Source: Phycisphaerae bacterium
GTDB lineage: Bacteria > Planctomycetota > Phycisphaerae > UBA1845 > Fen-1342
DNA: 64,000 nt
Direction of reading: 5' to 3'
NCBI GenBank assembly: GCA_963675745.2
Contig: CAXXWX010000015.1
Span: forward strand, 352,001 to 416,000
Under the pieces are notes generated by a model. It did no database searches. It was given only the letters and a program-made list of their open reading frames with translations, and had not been told where the DNA came from. The translations under genes and the position numbers were made by a program. Below, in pieces: positions 1 through 10,277 of the stretch (position 1 is the first letter of the stretch; every line of letters begins with the position of its first letter).

Positions 1-1053
<1,053 letters not shown>

Positions 1054-1067
<14 letters not shown>

Positions 1068-1740
1068 GGCCGAACTCCTCTTGCGCGGCGGCGAAGACCG
1101 TGTCGGCATCGCGCGCCGCGTCGATCACCACCACCGGTGACGGATATGCGTTCGGTAATTCCAGAAAACCCTGCCGCACACGGCGATGAAACTCCAGCGG
1201 CCGCCGTTCCATCGCGTCCGGCGCGCTACCTTCAAACAGTGGGATTTGACCGGGTGAGTGCTTGCGTTTTCGACGCCGGTTTTGCGCCGGGCCGCGTCCG
1301 GTCCGCTCCAACCCGACTTCGGGCGGCACGTCGAACACCAGCGTCAGATCTGGCCAGGTGCCCGCAACCGCCAGGCGACCGAGCTCGATCACTTCTTCGT
1401 ACGGAAAGCCCGCCGCCCCTTGATATGCATACGTCGCCGAGATGAACCGGTCGCACAGCACGACCTGGCCGGCGTCCAGCGCGGGCCGGATCTTCTCAGC
1501 GACCAACTGCGCGCGCGACGCCATAAACAGCAGCGTCTCACATCGCGCGCTCATCTTGGCCAGATCGAAGTCCAGCAAGACATGCCGAATTCGATCGCCT
1601 ATTTCAGTCCCGCCCGGGTCGCGCACACGCCGCAATGGTGTGCCGGACTTCTTGATCCACGCCGCCAAACGCTCGAGCTGCGTGCCTTTGCCCGATCCGT
1701 CAGGGCCGTCCACCACGATGAATTTCCCGGCTAGATTCAT
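1054..1740 (-). CDS. tmk: Thymidylate kinase (dTMP kinase)
   Basis: P-loop FIVVDGPDGSGKGTQ, RDPGGT, LLFMASRAQ, VLCDRFISATYAYQG. Start reassigned to ATG 1740. Confidence 0.95.
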
Positions 1741-1914
1741 GTCCCGGACATTAGTGCATTGGGTCCGCCGCGGCAACCGAGCTTGACCGGCGCGTGAGCG
1801 GTGCCTACCGTTGCAGCTCGGCGACCGGGGAGCGGACTTCAGCGTCCAGACGTCGTACCCGCCCCCCGGCGATGGGCCTCAATCACGCTCACGGCAAACT
1901 CCGCGGAGCGACCT

Positions 1915-2475
1915 GTGGACTGGCTGGTATACATCTTTATCGAATCTACGCTGACGCTCGGAGTCCTGCTGGCCCTGGTGTGCTTCTGTCTACTGGTGTA
2001 TTGGCGCAGGGAGGGACGGCCTCGACCGCTGCTGATCGGACTGGCGGTCTCCGCCCTGCTGCTGATCGTCCAAACCGCCGTGACCACCCAGCGCGAACAT
2101 GCCTGGCGGATTCTGGCCCGGATCGAGCGCGACGTGCTCGCCGGCGAAACCGATCGTCTGGCGGCTTCGCTGAGCGACGATTTCAGCGCCGCCCGCTACG
2201 ACAAGCCCCGCTTCATCGAGCTTGTCGACGGACGTTACGACGTGGTCAGTGTCATCTGGCTGCGGCGCTTGTCCTGCACGATCGTCGAGTCCACTGCTGA
2301 CAGCTTCACCGCCGAGGTTGGCTATCTCGGCGAGGTGCGCGCCTCTGAGTACATGACCGCGATCGACAGCAAGTGGCGGATCAAGTTCATCCGCCGCGAG
2401 CGCGATTGGAAAATCCAGACCGTCAAACCGCTGTCCCCGTTCACATCCTGGGACCAGGTTGCCGGCTACCGCTAG
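1915..2475 (+). CDS. Hypothetical membrane protein (two N-terminal TM helices; C-terminal domain possibly NTF2/SnoaL-like)
   Basis: In frame with ORF 1801-2475. GTG 1915 follows GGAG. Two hydrophobic segments, then a soluble domain ending WRIKFIRRERDWKIQTV. Confidence 0.6.
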   Translation: MDWLVYIFIESTLTLGVLLALVCFCLLVYWRREGRPRPLLIGLAVSALLLIVQTAVTTQREHAWRILARIERDVLAGETDRLAASLSDDFSAARYDKPRFIELVDGRYDVVSVIWLRRLSCTIVESTADSFTAEVGYLGEVRASEYMTAIDSKWRIKFIRRERDWKIQTVKPLSPFTSWDQVAGYR

Positions 2476-2553
2476 CATGGCAACCACGCCCCGGCCGGCC
2501 GGTGCGGCACCACCCGTGGGCACGCGGCCGGAGAGTGAGTAAACTGTGCCGTC

Positions 2554-5500
2554 ATGACGCAACGCCAGCGACGTGCGAACCGTGCTGCCATCCTGGTGGG
2601 ACTGGCGGCAACGGTGCTTGTGCTCACCGCATACGTGCTCGGTGTGCTTGATTGGCTCGAGCTGCGCACCCTCGACTATCGCTTTCGCTGGGCCAATTCG
2701 ATCAAACAGTCCGGCGATATCGTCTGCATTGACATCGACGACGGGTCACTCGAGCTCGCCGGCCGCTGGCCCTGGCCGCGACATGAACAGGCCGCGCTAA
2801 TCGCGGTCCCGATCGAGCTGGGCGCCAAGGCAATCCTTGTCGATCTGACCTGGATCGAACCCCAGGCCGCGGCGCTTGACCTGCCGCGCTACACCGACCT
2901 GGACACTGACGTCCTCAACTATGCCCCAATCGAAGACGATGTCAGATTGCCCGACCTCGAGCTCCAAGCGGCCATCGCCAAGGGCGGCAACGTCTACCTG
3001 GGCTTCCTCTTCAAAGAGCACGACATTGTCCACAGCCCCCGTTTTGGCGGGTCCGGCGGCGCCGTGGCCGCCCTTGCCGATAAGCGGCCGGACGATGCCC
3101 GATCCCTGGCCGAGGCGCTCGATACGGCCCAAAGGACCGACCTGCTGAAGCGCGGCGTGCGCCCCGAGGACATCGCCGAGTCGCTGCCAGCCTTTGACTT
3201 GGCGCGCATGGTGATTGAGATCGAGGGCGAGTTGGAGATATCGCCGGCGGCTCTGGCGGCGCGCCTCAAACTCTCGTCAGACGATGTGGAGCGGCATTTC
3301 GAAGACTGCCGGCAATTGGTGCTGCGCCAGCAGATCGGCAAGCGCCTCGCCGATGAGCCGGAGTTGGCGACATTGTCCGTCGATGCCTTGTTCGGGCGGA
3401 TTTACGCCGGCTATTCCGACCGCCCGCTCGTAGATGACACGCCGCTCAAGGCCGCCGTTGCCGCCGCCCTCCAGGAAACGCTGGGGTACCTGGCAACGAC
3501 GCGCTCGCGATTGGCCGGCGCTGATGTGCTGCAACACGCCCCCGTTGATGTCGATCGCATTCTACCCGTGTACTTCTTGCACGCCCGCGCCGCCAAACGC
3601 TGTGGCACCACCGTGTTCGAGCCGGACGATGACGGCGTAACACGCCATCTGCCGCTGATGATTCGTCATGGCGACAACGTGTTGCCGCAACTCGCCTTCG
3701 GGTTGGCCTGCGATCTCGTCGGTCAGCGGCCCGTCGAGGTAATCCCCTCGCGCGGTGCGCGCCGCGCCAGCCACGTCGCCCTGGGCGCTGTGCGCATTCA
3801 GATCGACGAGCGCGGACGCGCGCTGGTGCCCTGGGTACCCCAGCCCGATTGGCAAAAGCAGTACACCGCCTCGGGCCCGGATGGATCGCGGGCTGACGAG
3901 ATGGGACGCGTGCCCGCCGATGCGTTGTGGGAGATTCACAACCTGCGCGCCCACATGACGCGAAACGCGCGCAACGCACGCCTGATGCGCGCTCAACTCT
4001 ACACGAGCAACCTGTTTGCGAAGGAAGCGCGTGCGACCTACGAAAAGGCCTACGTCGCCATCGAGCAACTCCGGCGCCGCAGCGAGCAAGCCCGCCTGAG
4101 CGCTCGTTTTGATAACGCCCGGATACTCCGCGAACAGATTGCCCGCGAATCCACAGCGCTCGCCGCGCTGGAGCGCAGTATGGCTGCGGCGGACACCGAC
4201 GACTGGGTGCGGGAGCAGATCACCGCCGTCGACAAGCAGACCGCCGCGATCAGCGTGATCAATGACGACCTGCAAAAGCGCGTCGATCAGTCACTCACAC
4301 GCCTGCGGCCGGCTTTCAAGGACCGCATCTGCGTCATCGGCTACACCGCATCCGCCCTGGCCGACATGACACCCATTCCCACGCACAAACGCGCCCCCGG
4401 CGTGCTGGCACACGCCAACCTGCTCAACGGCCTGCTCACCGGCCAGACGGTTTCGTGGGCTCCGCGCTGGGCGAATCTGATGCTGGCCGGGCTGCTGGGT
4501 TTGCTGGCCACATTGCTCAGCTATTCACGCCCGCCGCGCGACACGCTTCTGCTCATCGCGCTGGTGGCCTTCCTGTTCCTGGCGCTGGCGGGCTGGTGGG
4601 CGTTCTACCTGTGGCACTATTGGATCGCTCTCGTGCCGGCCATGACCGCCCTGGCGCTGAGCTACTTCGCGATCGCGACTTACCGCTACATCTTCGTCGA
4701 CATCGAACGACGCAAGCTATCCACGGCCCTCGGGCAGTACACCTCGCGCGAGATCGCCCAACAGGTGGCCGACGACACCGAGCTGTGCCGGCGAGCGGAG
4801 ATGCGCGAAGTCACCACAATGTTCACCGACCTCAAGGGCTTTACCACCATCTCCGAGCGAATCGGCGCCGAACGCACACAGCACGTGCTCAATCTCTGCC
4901 TGGGCAGATTCACCCAGGTAATGTTGCACCATGAGGGGATGGTCAACAAATTCCTCGGCGACGGCATTTTCGCCTTCTGGAACCCCGTGATCTATCCGCA
5001 AGCCGACCACGCTTTGCGGGCATCGCTGACCGCCGTTGATCTGCTCGCAGCGCTCGATGATCTCAAACGCGAGCAACGCGCCGCCGGCGGCGATGACGTC
5101 TTCGAAGAGCTGCTGATGCGCGTCGGCGTCGCCACCGGCAACGCCGTCGTCGGCCCCTGCGGTTCCGAGCAGAAGTTCGACTACACCTGCATCGGCGACT
5201 CGGTTAACGTCGCCGCCCGGCTCGAATCGGCCAACAAGTTCTACGGCACACAGATTCTCATCAACGACGCCACGCGCAACGTGCTCGAAGATGCGTTTGT
5301 CTGTCGCGACCTGGGCGCCGTGCAGGTAAAGGGCAAGCGTCAGGGTGTGCGCATCTATGAGCTCATCGGCGCCGTCGACGATGTGCCGCAGGCCGTGGTC
5401 GCCCACGCCGTCGAATTCGCCAAGGCCGTCGCCCACTTCCAGAATCGCCGGTGGGAGGCCGCCGCCGCCATCTTCGGCGTCTGCATCCAGCAGCGCCCGG

Positions 5501-5601
5501 ACGACCTGGCCGCCATGCGCTACGCCGAGCTATGCGCCAAATACCTCAACAATCCCCCCGACGAAGACTGGAACGGATCGATCGAGCTGATGGAGAAATA
5601 G
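2554..5601 (+). CDS. CHASE2-domain class III adenylate cyclase with C-terminal TPR-like helices
   Basis: CHASE2 motifs LELRTLDYRF, IVCIDIDD, GRWPWPR, DDDGVTRH, PGVLAHAN; three TM helices; cyclase motifs MFTDLKGFT, KFLGDG (Lys implies ATP specificity), YTCIGDSVNVAARLE, VKGK. Confidence 0.92.
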   Translation: MTQRQRRANRAAILVGLAATVLVLTAYVLGVLDWLELRTLDYRFRWANSIKQSGDIVCIDIDDGSLELAGRWPWPRHEQAALIAVPIELGAKAILVDLTWIEPQAAALDLPRYTDLDTDVLNYAPIEDDVRLPDLELQAAIAKGGNVYLGFLFKEHDIVHSPRFGGSGGAVAALADKRPDDARSLAEALDTAQRTDLLKRGVRPEDIAESLPAFDLARMVIEIEGELEISPAALAARLKLSSDDVERHFEDCRQLVLRQQIGKRLADEPELATLSVDALFGRIYAGYSDRPLVDDTPLKAAVAAALQETLGYLATTRSRLAGADVLQHAPVDVDRILPVYFLHARAAKRCGTTVFEPDDDGVTRHLPLMIRHGDNVLPQLAFGLACDLVGQRPVEVIPSRGARRASHVALGAVRIQIDERGRALVPWVPQPDWQKQYTASGPDGSRADEMGRVPADALWEIHNLRAHMTRNARNARLMRAQLYTSNLFAKEARATYEKAYVAIEQLRRRSEQARLSARFDNARILREQIARESTALAALERSMAAADTDDWVREQITAVDKQTAAISVINDDLQKRVDQSLTRLRPAFKDRICVIGYTASALADMTPIPTHKRAPGVLAHANLLNGLLTGQTVSWAPRWANLMLAGLLGLLATLLSYSRPPRDTLLLIALVAFLFLALAGWWAFYLWHYWIALVPAMTALALSYFAIATYRYIFVDIERRKLSTALGQYTSREIAQQVADDTELCRRAEMREVTTMFTDLKGFTTISERIGAERTQHVLNLCLGRFTQVMLHHEGMVNKFLGDGIFAFWNPVIYPQADHALRASLTAVDLLAALDDLKREQRAAGGDDVFEELLMRVGVATGNAVVGPCGSEQKFDYTCIGDSVNVAARLESANKFYGTQILINDATRNVLEDAFVCRDLGAVQVKGKRQGVRIYELIGAVDDVPQAVVAHAVEFAKAVAHFQNRRWEAAAAIFGVCIQQRPDDLAAMRYAELCAKYLNNPPDEDWNGSIELMEK

Positions 5602-5737
5602 TCGGCTGTGCCAACTCCGTGCCGGCTGCTCACGGCATCGTCGTGTGCGGATGTTGCGTGGGCATCCGCTCCCGCCTGTGGTATCCTCCCAATCTTGATT
5701 CTCTCGGGACCGCAACGTGATCAGGGAGGAGCCGCAC

Positions 5738-7150
5738 ATGCCGGACCCCATGATTCAGCTCGAATACCACAACGTCCTCGACCGCACCATCGGCAAGGCC
5801 CACGGCCTCACGCTCGGAGAGATCAAACGGGCTGAGGCCGACGTCAAGACCGTCGTCGCACGCGTCGAACGTGAACGCAAAGACGGCCTCCACCGCTACC
5901 GTGAACTGCCGCGCGACGCCGAGATGCTCAAAACCATCAAGGCCGCCGTGCGGAAATTCAGGCCCGGCGTGGAAAACCTCGTCGTGCTGGGCATCGGCGG
6001 GTCGGCACTGGGCAACGTCGCGCTCCAGACCGCTCTGAACGACCCGTATTACCAGCTACACGCCAACAAGGACCGCCGCGGGCCGCGTTTGTTCGTCATG
6101 GACAACGTAGACCCGGTGCAGATCGCCGGCCTCATCGAGCTGCTCGGCCCGGCCCTGCGAAAAACGCTGTTTAACGTGATCAGCAAGTCCGGCGAAACCG
6201 CCGAGACCGCCGCACAGTATCTGCTGTTTCGCGACATGGTCGCCAAAAAGCTCGGACGCAAATCGCTGGCCCGGAATATCATCGTCACCACCGACCCCGA
6301 GCAGGGCACGCTGCGCTCGATGGTCGAACAGGATGGCTATTACGCGCTACCCGTGCCACCGGGCGTTGGTGGCCGCTTCTCCGTACTGTCGTCAGTCGGG
6401 CTGTTCTCGGCTGCCATGTGTGGGATCAAGATCGACAAGCTGCTGGCCGGGGCGGCGGACATGGGTGAGCGCGTCGCTCTCCGATCGGTGCGCAAGAACC
6501 CGGCCGCGATGCTCGCGCTGATCCTGCACGCCTACTACGTCCGCGGCAAACGCCTGCACGTTATGATGCCCTACAGCTTCCAGCTCAAGGACCTCGCCGA
6601 CTGGTATCGGCAACTGTGGGCCGAGAGCCTCGGCAAGCAACATGACGCCGAGGGACGGCCGCAAATCATCGGCCCCACGCCGATCAAGGCACTCGGCGCC
6701 ACCGACCAGCACTCCCAGGTGCAGCTCTATCGCGAAGGCCCCAACGACAAGGTCTTCATCTTTCTCGAGGTCGACAAATTCGCCAAGACGGTGAAAGTCC
6801 CCCGCCAGGCCGGCATCCCCGCGCCGTTGCAGTATCTACCCGGCGCGTCGTTCGGCACACTGCTCAACTCGGAGAAGCTGGCCACCGAGCACGCCCTGGC
6901 CGCCAGCCAGCGCCCGTGCCTGACCATCCGCTTCCCGCGCGTCAGCGAGGCCACCATCGGCCAGTTCATCATGCTCTGGGAGGCGGCGACGACAATCACC
7001 GGCCAACTCCTCAACCTGAACCCCTACGACCAGCCCGCGGTGCAAATGGGCAAGGATTTCACATATGCTCTGATGGGCAAGGCGGGATACAAACGGCAAG
7101 CGCGCGAACTGGCCAAGGCCGCCACCAACCGCGGAAAGTATGTCGTGTGA
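5738..7150 (+). CDS. pgi: Glucose-6-phosphate isomerase
   Basis: VLGIGGSALG, ISKSGETAET, VGGRFSVLS, QLWAESLGK, DQHSQVQLY, NPYDQPAV; ATG 5738 after GGAGG. Confidence 0.95.
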   Translation: MPDPMIQLEYHNVLDRTIGKAHGLTLGEIKRAEADVKTVVARVERERKDGLHRYRELPRDAEMLKTIKAAVRKFRPGVENLVVLGIGGSALGNVALQTALNDPYYQLHANKDRRGPRLFVMDNVDPVQIAGLIELLGPALRKTLFNVISKSGETAETAAQYLLFRDMVAKKLGRKSLARNIIVTTDPEQGTLRSMVEQDGYYALPVPPGVGGRFSVLSSVGLFSAAMCGIKIDKLLAGAADMGERVALRSVRKNPAAMLALILHAYYVRGKRLHVMMPYSFQLKDLADWYRQLWAESLGKQHDAEGRPQIIGPTPIKALGATDQHSQVQLYREGPNDKVFIFLEVDKFAKTVKVPRQAGIPAPLQYLPGASFGTLLNSEKLATEHALAASQRPCLTIRFPRVSEATIGQFIMLWEAATTITGQLLNLNPYDQPAVQMGKDFTYALMGKAGYKRQARELAKAATNRGKYVV

Positions 7151-7250
7151 GAATGCAGAATGAAGAATGATGAATGCAGAAAAACATAGTCGCGGCGGCG
7201 TCAACGCGGTGATACCGCCTTCTGCATTCTTCATTCCGCATTCTTCATTC
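7151..7250. repeat. Inverted arrays of heptamer repeats (GAATGCA/GAATGAA type) forming an intergenic hairpin
   Basis: Left arm gaatgca gaatgaa gaatgat gaatgca gaa; right arm ttc tgcattc ttcattc cgcattc ttcattc. Confidence 0.85.
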
Positions 7251-7261
7251 AGGAGTAGCTC

Positions 7262-8320
7262 ATGCATCATGCTGTCATCATGGCCGGCGGGTCCGGCACG
7301 CGGCTCTGGCCGCTCAGCCGCCAGGATCGTCCGAAGCAACTGCTACGCCTCTTCGACGGGCAGTCACTGCTGCAAATCGCGCGCCGACGGCTCACCGGCC
7401 TGTTCGAGCCCCGGAATATCTGGGTAATCACCTCGGCCCGATACATCGACCTCGTCGCGAGCGAATTGCCCGACATCCCACGCGAGAACCTCATCGGCGA
7501 ACCCGTCGGCCGCGATACGGCGAACGCCATCGGCCTGGCGGCGGCCCTGCTGGCGCGGCGCGATCCCGACGCGACCATGGCCGTATTCACCGCCGACCAC
7601 ATCATCACGCCACAGCAGCGCTTCGCTGCCTCGATCAGCGCCGGGCTGGCCGCGGCCGATGACAACACTGATTCACTGGTAACTTTTGGCATCAAACCCA
7701 TGTCCCCGCACACCGGATACGGATACGTGCGCCGCGGCGAGACGCTTGGCGATGGCGTGTTCCGCGTGCGCGAGTTCAAAGAGAAGCCGGACCAGAAACT
7801 GGCCGAGCAGTACCTGGCCTCGGGCGAGTATTACTGGAACAGCGGCATGTTCGTGTGGCGGGTGTCAGCGATCCAGGCCGAACTCGAGCGCAACCTTCCA
7901 GACAACGCCGCCGCTCTCGCGCGGATCGCCGCCGACTGGGGGACCGACAATGCGGGCGCCGCGTTCGCGGAGCTACACAAGACGTCAATCGATTTCGGCG
8001 TGATGGAACACGCCCGCAGTGTGTTGATTGTCGAGATGCCCTGCGACTGGCTCGATCTGGGCTCGTGGAGCGCCATCGCCAACACACGCACACCGGACAA
8101 GGCCGGCAACACCTGCGTGGCCGCCAATGCAGCTGTCGTCAACGGACGCAACAACATCCTCGTCACCGAAGGCGATCATCTCATCGTGGCACTCGGCGTG
8201 GAAGACTTGGTCGTCGTGCATTGTGACGATGCAACGCTCGTGTGTCACCGCGATCACGAACAGGCCATCCGCGATCTGGCCACGCAGAGGCAGGAGCGCT
8301 TCGGCCGGCGCTACGAGTGA
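7262..8320 (+). CDS. manC: Mannose-1-phosphate guanylyltransferase
   Basis: AVIMAGGSGTRLWPLSR, PKQLL, EPVGRDTA, GYGYV, FKEKP, YWNSGMF, SIDFGVME, WLDLGSW; RBS AGGAG. Confidence 0.93.
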   Translation: MHHAVIMAGGSGTRLWPLSRQDRPKQLLRLFDGQSLLQIARRRLTGLFEPRNIWVITSARYIDLVASELPDIPRENLIGEPVGRDTANAIGLAAALLARRDPDATMAVFTADHIITPQQRFAASISAGLAAADDNTDSLVTFGIKPMSPHTGYGYVRRGETLGDGVFRVREFKEKPDQKLAEQYLASGEYYWNSGMFVWRVSAIQAELERNLPDNAAALARIAADWGTDNAGAAFAELHKTSIDFGVMEHARSVLIVEMPCDWLDLGSWSAIANTRTPDKAGNTCVAANAAVVNGRNNILVTEGDHLIVALGVEDLVVVHCDDATLVCHRDHEQAIRDLATQRQERFGRRYE

Positions 8321-8325
8321 CTATC

Positions 8326-9378
8326 TCATTCAAACTCGGGGAGGTGGTGCAGCGGCCTGGCCTGCGCGGGTTGAGTTGCTTCCGATTCCGCCACGAACAC
8401 CGACCAGTCATATCGCAGCATGCACAAGCGGTCCTGCCACCCGTCAAAGGCGATCGTCGGAGTCTGCCCGCGCAGCTCCTGGATCAGCCAGCCGGGAATG
8501 TCCGCGCCGGCGGCAATCGCCAGCGGCATCCCGCCACCAACGCGCGGATTGATCTCGATAAAGCGAATCCGGCGGTCGGCGGTAACGATGCATTGGAGCG
8601 TCACCACGCCACGCTGTGACGGGCCCAACACGTCGACGACGCGCTTGCCCACCTGCATGATCTCGTCATCCTTGACCGTCATGCCCTTGGATACCTCGCC
8701 GCCACGAACCTGCAACCGGCGCCGCGGCACCACACAGCGCGCCTCTCCGGTCAGCCCCACATACACATCCAGCGTGTGCTCGACGCCGTCCACGAACTCC
8801 TGGACGATCGGATCGGGCACGTGTGCCAGGTGATATTCGAGCTCGCCGGCGTCGGCGATCTTGTGCACATGGTGGCTCGCGCTTCCGGTACGGGGTTTCA
8901 CGAGCAGCGGGTATTCCAGCGTGCGTTTGCGCTTGACCTGAGCGGGCGTGTATGTCACCGGCGTATCGATGCCCTGCCCGGCCAGGAAATCATGAGTCAG
9001 CGTTTTGTCACGACACGTCCGAATGACATCCGGCTTGGCGATCAACGCGGTGCAGCCGGCCGCCTCGAAGTCGTCGCGCGCAGCGCTGAGTTTCGGCAGA
9101 TCGGTGTCCGTCGTCGGAATGAGCGCATCGACCGCATGTTGCTTGATGAGTTCCAGCAGTTGCGGGATGTAGTCCGCATGATCGACCGCCGGCACCAGGA
9201 TCGGCGAGTCCGCCACGTATAACGCCGGCGCGGTCTGCTCGCTGTCGACGGCGATAATGCGCAGCTTCACGCCCAGCCGCCGCGCCGCCGCACTGAACGC
9301 GCGCAGGAGCTCGACCCGGCGTCCCGCACAGGTAACCAGCAGCGTGAGCGCGTCAGATTGGCTCTTTCCAGTCGCCAT
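8326..9378 (-). CDS. ATP-grasp domain protein (short carbamoyl-phosphate-synthase-like family)
   Basis: LLVTCAGRRVEL, CRDKTLT, PLLVKPRTGSAS, IVQEFVDG, FIEINPRVGGG. Confidence 0.85.
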   Translation of the reverse strand: MATGKSQSDALTLLVTCAGRRVELLRAFSAAARRLGVKLRIIAVDSEQTAPALYVADSPILVPAVDHADYIPQLLELIKQHAVDALIPTTDTDLPKLSAARDDFEAAGCTALIAKPDVIRTCRDKTLTHDFLAGQGIDTPVTYTPAQVKRKRTLEYPLLVKPRTGSASHHVHKIADAGELEYHLAHVPDPIVQEFVDGVEHTLDVYVGLTGEARCVVPRRRLQVRGGEVSKGMTVKDDEIMQVGKRVVDVLGPSQRGVVTLQCIVTADRRIRFIEINPRVGGGMPLAIAAGADIPGWLIQELRGQTPTIAFDGWQDRLCMLRYDWSVFVAESEATQPAQARPLHHLPEFE

Positions 9379-9560
9379 GAAACTACACTGTCCCGCACGA
9401 AGCCATCGGCGCCAAGAGCTTGGCGCGACTCGATCGCGTATATCCGGCCGATAAATCTACCGGTGGCGCCCCGTCAACCGCGTGACGCCGACGTCAGACC
9501 TACAACCTGTGCTGATCATCGGCGCGAATCAGCACCCGGGCGACAGAAATGGCCGGCAAT

Positions 9561-10080
9561 TTACAGGTATATCGGCCCGGAGTAATAAACCACCGCGCCG
9601 CGTGCGGCTCCCCAATACACGGTCGACGACGAGCCATCGATCAGCCGGGCCGACGCGACGCCGTTGCTATCGGTTCGCCACAACGTAATGGCTGTTCGAA
9701 TCCACGGTTTCGACCACCGTCCCCCACGTCCCAGATGATCGTGTCTACCGCGCCCGACGGAGCGACCGCCGTAGTTATCCGCGATCCACACGCGCAAAAG
9801 CGATCTGCTCGGGACGTTCGTGCGAAACGTGGTGGCCTTGGCGCCGACGGCGTCGGATGTGGAGATCTTCAGCGACGTGGCGACGTCGGGCGCCAGGGCT
9901 TCGGCCAGCGTGCGGATGAACTCGGCGTGCGCGATGATCTCGTCATCGTCGCGTTTCAGCGGGACGCGGAGTTGAGCGAGGGCCGTCGCGATTTGCACTA
10001 CGCTCGTTTCGAGGCGCGACGAGGGAAAACGGCCCACGAGCCAGATCGGGGCCAAAAAACTCGGTGTGGCGTTCGTTCAT
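9561..10080 (-). pseudogene. Hypothetical gene with several apparent frameshifts (decay or sequencing indels)
   Basis: RBS AAGGAG then ATG 10080 (MNERHTEFFGPDLARGPFSLVAPRNE). Protein-like sequence continues in another frame (SVVQIATALAQLRVPLKRDDDEII...), then in shifted frames (GAVDTIIWDVG / TVVETVDSNSHYVVA / TDSNGVASARL...YYSGPIYL*). Confidence 0.5.
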
Positions 10081-10277
10081 GCGAAGCTCCTTGCGCAGTC
10101 GGGGCCGGGTGCGTCTGTTCCTGGGAATACTAGCACTGGCGCGCGCCCGGCCGGGGCGCAAAGCACCGCTCTGGCGCAAAATGGTGGGTTTTGGCGTGGT
10201 TCCGGCAGAGAGCAATGCCGGATGCAGATGCTAAGCCGGCTTAAATCACAGATTTAAAACCTGCGGCCCTGGACTGG

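Noticed and set aside
10190..10210. Sigma54 promoter (GG-N10-GC)
   Set aside because: Weak match, with no downstream plus-strand gene.
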